The notes beneath the pieces were generated by a model. It saw only the letters and a program-made list of their open reading frames with translations, did no database searches and was not told the DNA's origin. From Enoplolaimus lenunculus (lineage: Eukaryota): DNA of 64,000 nt. Positions within the stretch are counted from its first letter, which is position 1. Each line of letters begins with the position of its first letter. A program made the translations under genes and the position numbers. Of this stretch, positions 12,501-24,500 are shown piece after piece. Where the stretch lies: the NCBI GenBank assembly GCA_030248215.1, contig JASANG010003711.1, forward strand, positions 372,001 through 436,000, in the 5' to 3' direction.

Positions 12501-15500
12501 ATTTATGGATTTAGGAATATTGTTGGCTTTGGTTTAAACGTTTCTGAGGAGACCTATTTTTTCAAAAAAATTTTCTGAAGGTTTAAAATTGTACGGTAGG
12601 TAGGGACCTTACCAATTTGTCACACAAAATTTTGACGGAGAACTTACGTTCCGCACCCCCTCTGGATCTGCTTGAGCCCGTTTTCACGCTAGACCGGAAT
12701 GGAGTAGGCTAAAATTTGACTATTTTTGCTTGGGCTTGAGCTTAAGCTTTGTTTTAGACTTGTGTTTATTACGCTGAGGAGGTTTAAATTTAGGGATATG
12801 TTTCGCTTTTTACATTGCTAAAAGTAATATTGTCCAAATGTTCGGGAACTGCTCAAGTTTTAATATATCGGAACATAATGACGATCTGGCTGGTCATAAA
12901 ACTACAATGATGATTTCAATTAAAATTTTAATTTTTTTAGACTTGAATAATGAACCAAAATGTATTTTCATTAGTTCAGAAATCTTTTTCATGTATGTCG
13001 CCAATCTCAGCAAAGGCCCGATCTGCATTAGGATTGATTTGAGATTTACGTTTTTGGATTTTCTGAAAAATTTTGCATGTAAGTAATCACTATGGAATCA
13101 TCATGCATTTAGTACAGTTTAGGGAATGTTTTTACAACATGCGACGAATTTTTTTGAACGTTGTTCAATTGCATAGCTAAAAAGTCGTGAAACGCCAGAT
13201 CGGGCCTTTGCTGAGACTGAGTGGTTTTTAAGTTTATGCACTGCTGGCCTTGTAAGTAACATATTGTACTACATTAAATTATATCTAAGCTTACTAGTCA
13301 TAAAGAGACAGTTTCTTCGCCGTCTGAAAAATTCCGCTTCCTGTGCCTGTGTTCTGCAATGCCGGAACAGAAATCGATTTTTTGCAGGAATTCCGACCGG
13401 AACACGAATTCCGGTAAAACCCTGATTGTATTTAGCTGACATCTCTTTCATTGTTTTGTACACCTTTACTGAGACAACGAATTTTGAAGATCCTATTTCG
13501 CTCAAAAAACTTTAATTCGGTATATTCATTTTTGGCACAGATTATACCAGGGTGCAACCGCAATTCTGATTCCGATTAGAATTCCGTGTCAAAACGAGTT
13601 CCGATTCCGTTTCTTATATCTCTTTCGAGACTTGACACAGATTGACATTGAGACTCCTATCCCTACGTATTTCGAGTAAAAAATCAAACCTTTTATAATT
13701 TTCAATCACAAATATCTGGCAAGGTAAAATACCGGGAACGGAGCGGCAATGCCGGCGTTTGCTGGAACCAGATATCCGGGCGCACCCCGTTTTATTATTA
13801 TTATTATTATATGCATACATATATCATTTCCACTTGCATAATCTTTTTAGCCCTGATCGCTGATTTATCTGCGAGTGAAGATCAGACTGCACCGTCAGTG
13901 TTGTCACTGTTATGTTCGAAGTTTTCTGCAGTGCCAATCGAAGCTAAACGGATTAGAAGCTATTGGTTAAAGCCAAAATTGAAGACATTGGTTTTGAAAG
14001 AGAATTTGTATGCTTCAAATACGGATTACAACGGCGACCCTTGTGGGGTAGTGGACAATTCTGTTTGGGACAAAAATATGTAAGCTGCATGGTTTTTTGG
14101 GTAAAATAGATGGGTGATGATCCACTTTTTCATAAATAGTCAAATTCGAAAAACCATCTGAAAAGCCATCCAATATACAATAAAATCTATTCAATTCAGT
14201 AGAACCCCAATTGAGATTGACTACAAAACGCTGAAGCTTCTGACCAGCATTGCTTGCGTGGTTTTTGGTACTATTCTATATCAGTTTAGACACTTAGTTG
14301 TCTACTAGGTATCGGATGAATCCCTCACCCAGCCATAAACAAAATGTATAAGGAATAAGGAAAGAAACTGAAATAGTGTTTGGTGTCTCGCTCTCTTAGC
14401 TGTTCGCTCACAAGTTTAAGTTCATTATTATACTTTGCGCTTGAGCCTCTCGTTATGAGAAATTTCTGGATCCATCACTGACAAAGCATGGCTGACCCCC
14501 GTTTTACATTACCTGCTGTGCCCCTGCTCCCAATTGCTTTTTCGAAAAGCGACTTAATGCTGAATCTAATTTGAAATATATAATTAAAAATATACACGTA
14601 GTTTTATTTTTGGTACCTTCACACACTGTCCTGTGCCCATCAGTTCTCAACTGTTCCGACATGTATGCGGCATAAACTTTACCGAAACACCAACTTTTAT
14701 TTTTGAATAGAAATACATAATGTTTCGGGGAAAGCAGTAAAATACAGGCATTAAGGTGTAAAAAATTTTCCATGCTTTTTTCTTTAAGTATCACTCGCTA
14801 GTAACTCCAGGTAATATTTTTACATATTACATTACCATTTTCGGCTTCAATATTCCGTCTTTTTGTAACAGGTTAACTGTTTATTGAGACAGTCTTTGTT
14901 TTTGTGCTTTCGAATTTGCAAAATGTGCTAATTTAGGAGCTTGATCCAAGATCGTTATAAATGGCTGTTAGTAGAAAGGGGAGACGTTGACGAAACAATA
15001 TTCTTATGTACAGAAGAATGTGCTTCTCGAATAGGTATGTTATGTTGTCGGCAGGGTGCAAACCGGAACTGGATTATATCGGAATCGGAACCGAAACAGC
15101 AAATCTATACCAGTATCGGAAGCGGAATCGGAACTGCAAATTGTGTCTATATACGGATAATTTGTATTAAGAAGTATAATATTGATTTAGGTTGTCTGTT
15201 TGCTGCCAACAATTCTCAAAAACGTCGCAAGAACAAATGTTGTCGGCAGGGTGCAAACCGGAACTGGATTATATCGGAATCGGAACCGAAACAGCAAATT
15301 TATACCAGTATCGGAAGCGGAATCGGAACTGCAAATTGTGTTTATATACGGATAATTTGTATTAAGAAGTATAATATTGATTTAGGTTGTCTGTTTGCTG
15401 CCAACAATTCTCAAAAACGTCGCAAGAACAAATTGGAAATCATTTTTTGGCTCTGTAAAGCTAAACTACAACCAATTATTGATGTTAACTCATCGAAAAC

Positions 15501-18500
15501 AATATAATAGATAAATGATACAGAATTTTTATAAATTTCAAAATTCCGATTCCGATTGATTGTGATATCGGAATCGGAATTCCGATTACACCCTGGTTGT
15601 GAACGTTTTACAAACATAATAAAAGACCAAGCTTTATTCAGCATGGAATATTAGTCGTGCTACTGAACGTTTAGTACAACCGGTTATTAAAAATAAAAAA
15701 TATGAGAAGCAAACAATTCCTCCATTGATTTGATGCGACTCACTCATATTTTACCAATACTGATGCACTCGTTCAACAGAAAGTAATGCACAGGCGGAAC
15801 AGTTTGTTGTTGCTTTGTGTTATGGTGATGTCTATTTTCAGGTTCTCCAAAGAAAAATACAGACGGTGGTGGCGGCGACGTTGATTTTTTGCTTCGAAAA
15901 AGTGTTCAAGCTTGCTTGGAACGCGTTAGTTTAGTATAATACAAACATTTCGATACGCGTTAGATTGCACAATGTAACATCCTAAAATGTTATTTATGAA
16001 TACAATTGCCACCAAAGTGTTCTACGCAACAATAATCCTAAAACTATTTTACGCCAAAGAACAATCCTGCTACCGCTTATGGTATGCAGCTCCGGCTTTA
16101 ATATTTTTGTTAAATTTTCCTGAATTTTCGATATTGTTGAATTTGTAAAAAATATTTCAAAGTTATTATTCTAGGTTAGTAGACATCCGCTTGCAACTCC
16201 GCTTTCTGGACGGCAATACTTGGCTGCGGCTGTGGGAACAACTGGCAGTCCTGGTGCTACTAATGGAAACGCAACTGAATGTTTTTCTCCTGTCACTCCA
16301 GTCTCAAATGCGACTCAGTCGTTAGAACGTTTGTTAGAGATGCTAGCTGAATGCCCTTCTGATCCATCAGACGAGTTGGAAGAATTGTTTGAGTATGATT
16401 TAATAATACGTGGCTAATACCTAGTGATCAACAAATTTCATACTGCCGCTAAAATGTTGTTAGAACTGGCAAGTACTACAGTATCTTGATCTTCCATTTT
16501 ATGTTTCCCTAAGTCAGATTGTGTGGCATAAAAGTTTTGATTTTCCTGTGGTGCCAGATATGGAAGTAGATTAAAAAGTTCAAACGACAAATCGACATGC
16601 TTTGTTCTGAATTAATTGAAACAACGCCTTGCCTTTTTGTGCTGTAATGATCTAACTTGAATATTGGTTTGAAACCCTAGTGAATTCACGTGTTTTTAGT
16701 AAATGTGATACGAATGTTAAAATCGAAATTGACCATCGTGCTAACCAAATGGCGGACGAGTTTAATCGTTTTTGCTGTAAAGTAAGTATTGGTTGGTGTA
16801 GTACAGACATAGTGATTGTTAAACTTTTGTCGCCGACCAGACCACATGCAGCAGGGTGTTCTTTTAATATATACGTGGTGTATTGAAGTGAAATAAGCAA
16901 GTACTAAATCAGGTAGCGCCGCAGGCGAAGTTATCAAATTTGTATTTTCCTGGGAATAAAATTGCAACCTATTTCTGAAAAGCTTGCGAAAATTTTTTAG
17001 GGGCCTAAATTGGCGAAAAAATTATGGTTGCAATGGTTTTTTAAAGCAGCTGGGTGAGACACTTTATTTTGCCCAGAAATAAAATCATGACTGGCGGCAA
17101 ATTTTTTTCGCAATGAAACAGCCTGTCGGAAACACATAAGACTGTTTTTTTAAAAAATCACCGTTTGCCATTGTCGAATTCTAAGCAAGAATTTTTTGCG
17201 TAATAAAGACTAATTTCTGTTTCATATTATGTTTTGGTTATCGGCAGGGATGGGCGAACCGAGACCGAGACCTATCTACCGAAATGGCCAAGAAAAGTCT
17301 CGATCTTGGTTAATTTTTGGTCATCATCGATTAAAATTAAAATATTCAAAATAAATTTTTTTATTGCATAATTATTAAAATTCATAGATTCACAGCGAAC
17401 TTTTCTTCATCAGACGTTACTTCAACAATACAGCGATACATTTGTTAAACATAATATATAAAAACCTAATTTGAGGATTTCGGTCAAAGCCTATGTGATG
17501 CCTAGGCATTCTCGTATAACAGTAAACTTTCAAGCATTACATCACACATTTTTTGATTGTAAGCAAAAGCGTATTTTTTACTGGTAATTTCGTAGCAATT
17601 CTATGTACAGAACTTGGAAAATTTGGTCGATGGAGTATCTACGCCTGACTCGTTTGCTAGTCAACGTATTGCTCTGGTCCGCGTTCTTTACTATCGAATT
17701 CTTTTGAAAATCGTTAAACAAGAACTTGCTCGCTCGCCTACAGTTGATATTTCGGTACGTAAATATAATTAGTTTGTTTGCTGTTTATTATAAGATTAGT
17801 TGCATAACTAATTCGGCCTGGCACAGCACATTGTGAAAAATTAGGGTTGCACTATCCCTAGCCTTGCCACATGCCGCGGCAAAACACCGCACTCGCATAA
17901 TCCTAAGTGCCAGGATGTTTCCGTAACATGTGATCAAAGCTGATGGACCGGATTTATATAGCATCGAAATAATTACTCAGAATTTTGTCTAGTTTTAATG
18001 AATAGACTGTTGCCAAACAAATAATTATAGGCAGTGTTCAAACAAGACGTGTTGCAGCGTTCTCTTTTCTCGTGTTGCCTCGAAATTGTTATGTTTTCAT
18101 TCAATTCACAATGGTATGTAAAGATTTAGCTATTTTCTCGAGAATACATTCTTGATTCTGAACAGTTTTCCGTTTTTTCCGAAAGTTTACGCAAGAAAAA
18201 AGGTGATTTCGTGTAAAGCTTGAACGATATGCTGATAACATCGCCGTTCATGTTAATGAGCAAAAGTTGATGTAATTTGTTTACCAGTGTTATTCCATAT
18301 TTTAGGACTTTTCCGGCTTTGTTAGATATATACAACATTCCACCATTTCATTTCTATAAAGTGATCGAATTGATGATAAGAGCTGAACCAGAATTTGGTC
18401 GCGATGTGGTGAAACATTTAAGCCAGGTTAGTGTTTTATTGTTTTAATTGATAGACATTTAATTGATAGACATTGTGTGTAAATTTTCGTCGTTTAAGAT

Positions 18501-21500
18501 TACTTATCTAATTGATTAAATTTCTTAAGTGCTAAAACAATTTCTAATGTTTTACTTCAGTTTGTTTGTTTGTGTGTTTGTTTGTTTGCATAAAGTTTTG
18601 CCCTTCAATGCTTATGTCAATTTATTGTGTTTTGTTATCTTATGTACACCCTAACTTTTTGACTGTAGTTAGATGGGTGTTTGTTTAGGTTGAAGAAAAA
18701 GTGATTGAAGAACTAGCTTGGGCAGCTGACTCGCCGTTATGGCAGGCGCTCTCAAACTATGGTGAGATGCCGCCGGCCTACATTGACGTAAGTCTTTGTT
18801 TATTTACAGCACATCAATTTTCAAGCAATTTAATAAGACTGAAAGTGTGTTTTATATTTATATTGCTTTTTGCTTAGTGAAGAAATTTAGTGTCTTCGCT
18901 CCATGATACTCTGTTTTTGATTAAGTCATATACCTGTGTTCTCTTTTAGGTGGCACCAGTTCCCTGTGATGGTTCGTTTTCTTTGCGTGCAGCATCTGTG
19001 CAACTGCCTTTTAGACGAGGTACGTTGGTTGCAAGAAGCCACCAGATATTTATTTGGTTAGAAATTGAGATTTATTCGCGGTTCCCAAATGCTTTATAAA
19101 ACACTGTTCATCTGGTACCACAACTCGTTAAAACATTGTTGAAACATGACTTGAATTTGGGCAAAAATTTCAATCAACAGTGCGTTGTATGTCTTCCCAG
19201 ACTCAATTTGCGCGCTCGACGGGTTCCTGAAAAAAGGTTTTGCGACTAGTAAATGGAGCAATTTTATGAAACGAGTTTTTGCTGTTGCAGGTGAGATTCC
19301 ACAAACCCCGATGGGTATTGCTGGCCGCTTTTTTGGAACACCTGAAAAAACATCACTGTCTGATTCAATGCCGACAAATACCGTTTGTACTCAGAAAAAT
19401 GTGTCTGTGTCTTCAAGTGGATCATCCGGCTTAGCAAAACGAAAATTGGACTTTTCCGCTGATAACGGAAATAATAAGAGCTCCGACACAGACAGTGCGT
19501 GTAATGTGGCTGACAAGCCCTGTCAAACAAAAGCTGTTAAACATTTGAATATTATTCAGGTTTGTTTTAAGTTATGGTAATACCAGTAAAATGTCGTATC
19601 ATAAACAACAAGTTGATAATGAGTCAAATACAGCGCTGTACTGACAATTTTCGGCGACAAAGCTGAGTTGTGCGCACATACGTATTCAATACAGTGTAGG
19701 TATCGAGATTATCACTCACTATTTGTCTTATTGCCACTCCCTTCGAGTGGTAAATCTGTATTCACTCGCGACATTTTTTAAAGAAATGTACGTTATTAAA
19801 ACATTAGAACGTTACACTGAAAATTTCAGCTAAAATTGTAAATTCACATTCATACACGAATATTTTGCACACGCAATACAATTTTGTCGTATATACTATT
19901 CAAAATCGTGCATGCTTAAAGCGAGGGAAAACGCAGTCAATGTTATTTTTAGAAAAGGTAGATTTCGCTTCCGTGGGTTATGAAAATCAAAAATGCAGCA
20001 GATAAAGTGATTACCTATCTCCAACTATGATCGGTTTCACCCTGACTTCGGCATATGAATGCAGGGTGGCACCGAATTCATGATTCGACCGAATGCGAAT
20101 CCGAAACTTGCACGTTGCAAATTTCAGATATATATGTGTAGGAAGCTTTCACATGCTGACGAATACAACTGACACGTGAACATGAGGCAATCATGAGCAA
20201 AACATGAGGCCGTAGGAGTAAACACGTATAAGTATGGCTGACGCAAGGCTTAGTCATTGCACTGTATATAAACCCGGTATTTCTGGTAATAAACATGTCA
20301 TTCAGCATTTTGGTTGTTAGTACGCAACATATGTATACTTTGTTTCAGAATATCAACGCAGTGCCAGCCGCATAACTTTTAAACGTTAATATATTTCCTA
20401 CCCGACGTAATTCTGAGAATTGTGACTTGAAACAAAAAATATTGATTTTATAACAAGTTATTTAAAATTTATAATGCTTAAAAATGAAAAACATATTACC
20501 GAACATTGTGAGACTCGGCTTTTGGATTCGACTTTTTCACAACTGAATCTGAATCTGAATCCGAAACACAAATTTTTGACGAACCGAATCCAAATCCGAA
20601 CCTTTGTCTCCACCTTGCAAGAATGAAACCATAACAGTAAAATGTGTCAAAGGCGCGCTTAGACTATCTATTTATAAAAATGTAATGTTAAGTTGACATA
20701 GAATCATTTCTTGGCAAGAAAATTTGTTTCAGTCGCCTTTAGGAAATAGAGTGTGCACTGTCTCGTGAACTCAAAAACTGGAACAAATGTTATGTGTTTA
20801 CTGTTTATGTTTTTGGCTGTTTAGCTCGCGGTGACCCTACGTATGAGTTTCAGTTAAATAAGTTGTTGACAATCATTTCATTTCTAGCCTTTAACTGTGC
20901 TTGTTGTAGACTTTACTCATTACTAGCCTTTAGCTGTGCTTGTTATAGACTTTACCGGTGACTCTTGCTGATGGAAAGAAAGCAATTAAAATTGCACCAT
21001 GTCGAATTGTGAAAACTAACCTTCAACGCAAGCAACCAAAACACGGTTCTGTGGCGCTGTTTTTCCGAAAGGTACATGTGTATTTTGGTTTGTTCGTCCG
21101 CGGTATATGCACATTTTAGTTGGCAAATTAGTCTGGATTCTCTCATGATCTCAAAAATACAGAACTTCCCACAAAAAACAGCAGTCTTAGGTACGGAACA
21201 AAGTTAGCCTCTTATGTGCGAAAGCAGCGTTTTTTGACCGTTTTGTTTCTTGTAGTACAACAATATTTTTAACCAATAAGTGTCCTGTATTAGAAATTAC
21301 TTAATTTATTTGTTACAGCAACCACTTATTCTTGTGACTGTATTTTTGCGTGCAGGTGTACTCGTTGGTCCACATCCGTTTGAGAGACATGTGTGAACGG
21401 CTAAATTTGAGCGAACATTTTCAACAGCAAACATGGACGTTTATTGAGACTCTGTTGCGCCGTTCTACCGATTTGTTGCGTGATCGTCATTTGGATCAAA

Positions 21501-24500
21501 TTATCATATGCTCGATTTATATTATTGCTAAGGTTCGCTGTTGTGTTTGTTTTAAGTACAAATTGTGTACTTCATTATAGAACATTCCGCTTATTGTTTA
21601 GGTTTAGCGTATCGTAAGCCTCTCACGTTTCAAGTCTAAGATGTTAGACGACCCAATGCCATACGCTGGCGACCGCTTTCATCCGGTACCTGTACACCAT
21701 AATAGTAGAATTACCATACTCGTTCAGCTCCAAACAGCACCGAGACTAAATATATATAAATAAAAATGTTTCGACTTTCGACTTGCGGTGCCGTACTGTA
21801 AACCTATTAAGGGAAATGTATGTGTTATAATGCCATACAAATTTGTGTACTTCTTAGTGTATTTTTCTTTGAAAGAATGACGAAACAATATCAGTAATAC
21901 AGAAAGACGTTATACAGATTCAAAACTATATCGTTTTAGGTTACCCAAAATCAAAGCTCGTTTCAAGAAATTCTTTACGCATACAGAAATCAACCGCAAT
22001 GCAAAAGTCGAGTAAGCATATTAACCTGATAACAAAACAATAATACACCAAAATATTACGTCGGCTGTTTAGTGTTTAACCGAATCGTTTGCCATAAAAC
22101 GAATAGTAACCAGTCGTAGTGGGACTACATTTATTGAGCGAAGCTCGAACGCACGTAAGCAATTAAGGTAATATGCAAATTACTTGTTAGCTAACTATTC
22201 GTTTATCGGTTTTGGAGGTTTGTTTCAAATTCCTCGCACCAAAAAACCCTTTAGTGCTGAAATTATATTGCTTTTAACCTTTATAATTAGTGAAATATTG
22301 TAAAAAGTCCTAATTTAGGCTTATAAACTATGCTAATATGCAAATTATCTATTAGCTAACTGCTCAATTATCGGTTTTGGAGGTTTGTACACAGTCTACG
22401 CTGATTCCTCGCACCCAAAAACCCTATAATGCTAAAATTAGATTGCTTCTAACTGTAATAATTAGTGAAATATTGTGGAAAGTCCTGATTTAGGCATAAT
22501 TAATTATGCAAATTAGCCTGTAGCTAATAAACGGCTTAAAATTTTAAAACCCCAATGCGAGGTTAACACTCCAGGATAATTGGCATTCAAACAAAAAAGC
22601 TTATCAAATTCGGTTCAGCCGTTCCTGAGATTCTTTTCAGACGGACAGACGGACATCCACCTTTCGACCCCCAAGTACAAAACATAAAATGCTTTGCGAA
22701 ACTGCGAGCTTTGCTCGGAGTTTCGCTTCGCTCAAAAATGTGTGATATCAATTTATTACAGAATTTACATAAAACTTGTCTCCTATAATGCAGCGTTTAA
22801 CTTTTTGGGTTTGAGTGTTTAACTGCAACTTAATTGAATTTTTCTATAATCCCTGCCGTCAAGCATTCTAACAAGACTAATGAAGGTTTCGAGTTTCGAC
22901 TATTGGCAGCGAAAATATGAAAAATTAGGCAACAAATGAACATTATAATTTTATAAATATGTTTAGATTTTTATCATTTGAAGGTGGAAGAGTAATGAAT
23001 TTTCAAATTGATGACTGCTCTATCAGCAAATGGTTACACAGTTTTTATTTCAGGTTTATCGCAGTGTTCTACTCGACAGCAAATCTGCGTCTCCGCCAGC
23101 TACAGGTCAAAGTATCGTTGACGCTGCAAACGCACCAACAACTGCTACAACGCTTTCTCAGTTATCGCTTAAGCCGGGTACCAGTCACGCGACTACGCAT
23201 CTAGTGGAACCCACAACTTCGCGTGATATAAGCTCCAACACACAGGCCCTTGGATCAGACGATAATGGTAGGTTTTGAGTAGAAAATCTGAAAACATCTA
23301 GTGAAAAGTTGTGAATTTGGAAGATGATGATTTCTGAAAAATTGCTGTTTTGTAAATTAGTCTGCTGAATCTCAGTGGCATGTAGGATTGGTGTTCATTT
23401 GGAACTTGCAGCTTTGATCAAAGTATTATATTGCCAAGAGCATGCCCATCGCGGGGATTTCGGAAAGCGGGTTACGTTCATAAAAAATTTAAACGGGTTG
23501 GTTTTCTTGTATTGAAACTTGATACCGGGTATAAAATTTTCGTGACTTGCTCAGTACGCCCCTGATCAAAAGTCTATAATAGCTTCTTAGGTTTTGACCT
23601 AATCTAAGGTAGTCATAAACTTATACCCAAGCATAAATAAGTCATGTCGTAAGCTTAATCGTAAGTGTGGGTGCAAATCTACAACTGTCAAAAAATTATA
23701 ATATGCAATTAAATTGAAGCAAGCGTTCACGATGATGCAGCATCAGACTCAACTGTAAGCAGCTCGGTTACTTTACCGCTACAACCGCCTTCTTCGCTTT
23801 CGTCATCGGACGATAGTAATCAGAATAATGGAAGTGCAAATATGTTCCGATCTTCGGCCACCACTGCTGTATGCTCAAACACCGAACAGTGCCATAATCC
23901 TGAAACGATCGATAGGGTTGGATGCTCTGTGGTAGAAATCAAACAAACCGGTGGAAAACTTGCAAATACTCCTGCTCTCCAAGATGCTACTGCGATTACT
24001 GGTGCCAGCAGTAAATCAAACGCAGCGAACAGTAATGCCGGCAGCAACAAACGTTTGCGATCGATGTCGACAATGCCTGTACCCGCGATTGGTTCAGCAC
24101 CACCTACACCAACACCTGTTGAAGAAGAACGAGGCGATTTAATAAAGTTTTACAATTTGGTTAGTGTGCTGCAGTTCTGACCGATAATATAAAGTTACAA
24201 GCTGGTGGTTAGTTAAAAACAGCAGACAAATTATTGTCTATTTATAGTATGAGTATACATAAGACAGTATAGTAGGCTGTTGCTTTACGTTTTATGTTGT
24301 CAAAAGCGTGCTAACTGAGGTCTCATATCCGGAGAAGGATGTAGATTTTTGCATAACCGAATTAAGATAATAGGATATAGTTTAACACGTAGCTTACAGT
24401 TTACAAGGTAAAGAATTGCTGCAGTTGGTAGATCATTGGACTTACAGCGAGCTTGTAAATCAGTACGTCAAGGGGCCGTTTTGATATTATAGGTTTTTGT

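Noticed and set aside
14941..15507. 188-aa ORF with an internal repeat
   Set aside because: Only the first ~31 codons are RBL exon 8; the rest is intronic duplicated MITE.
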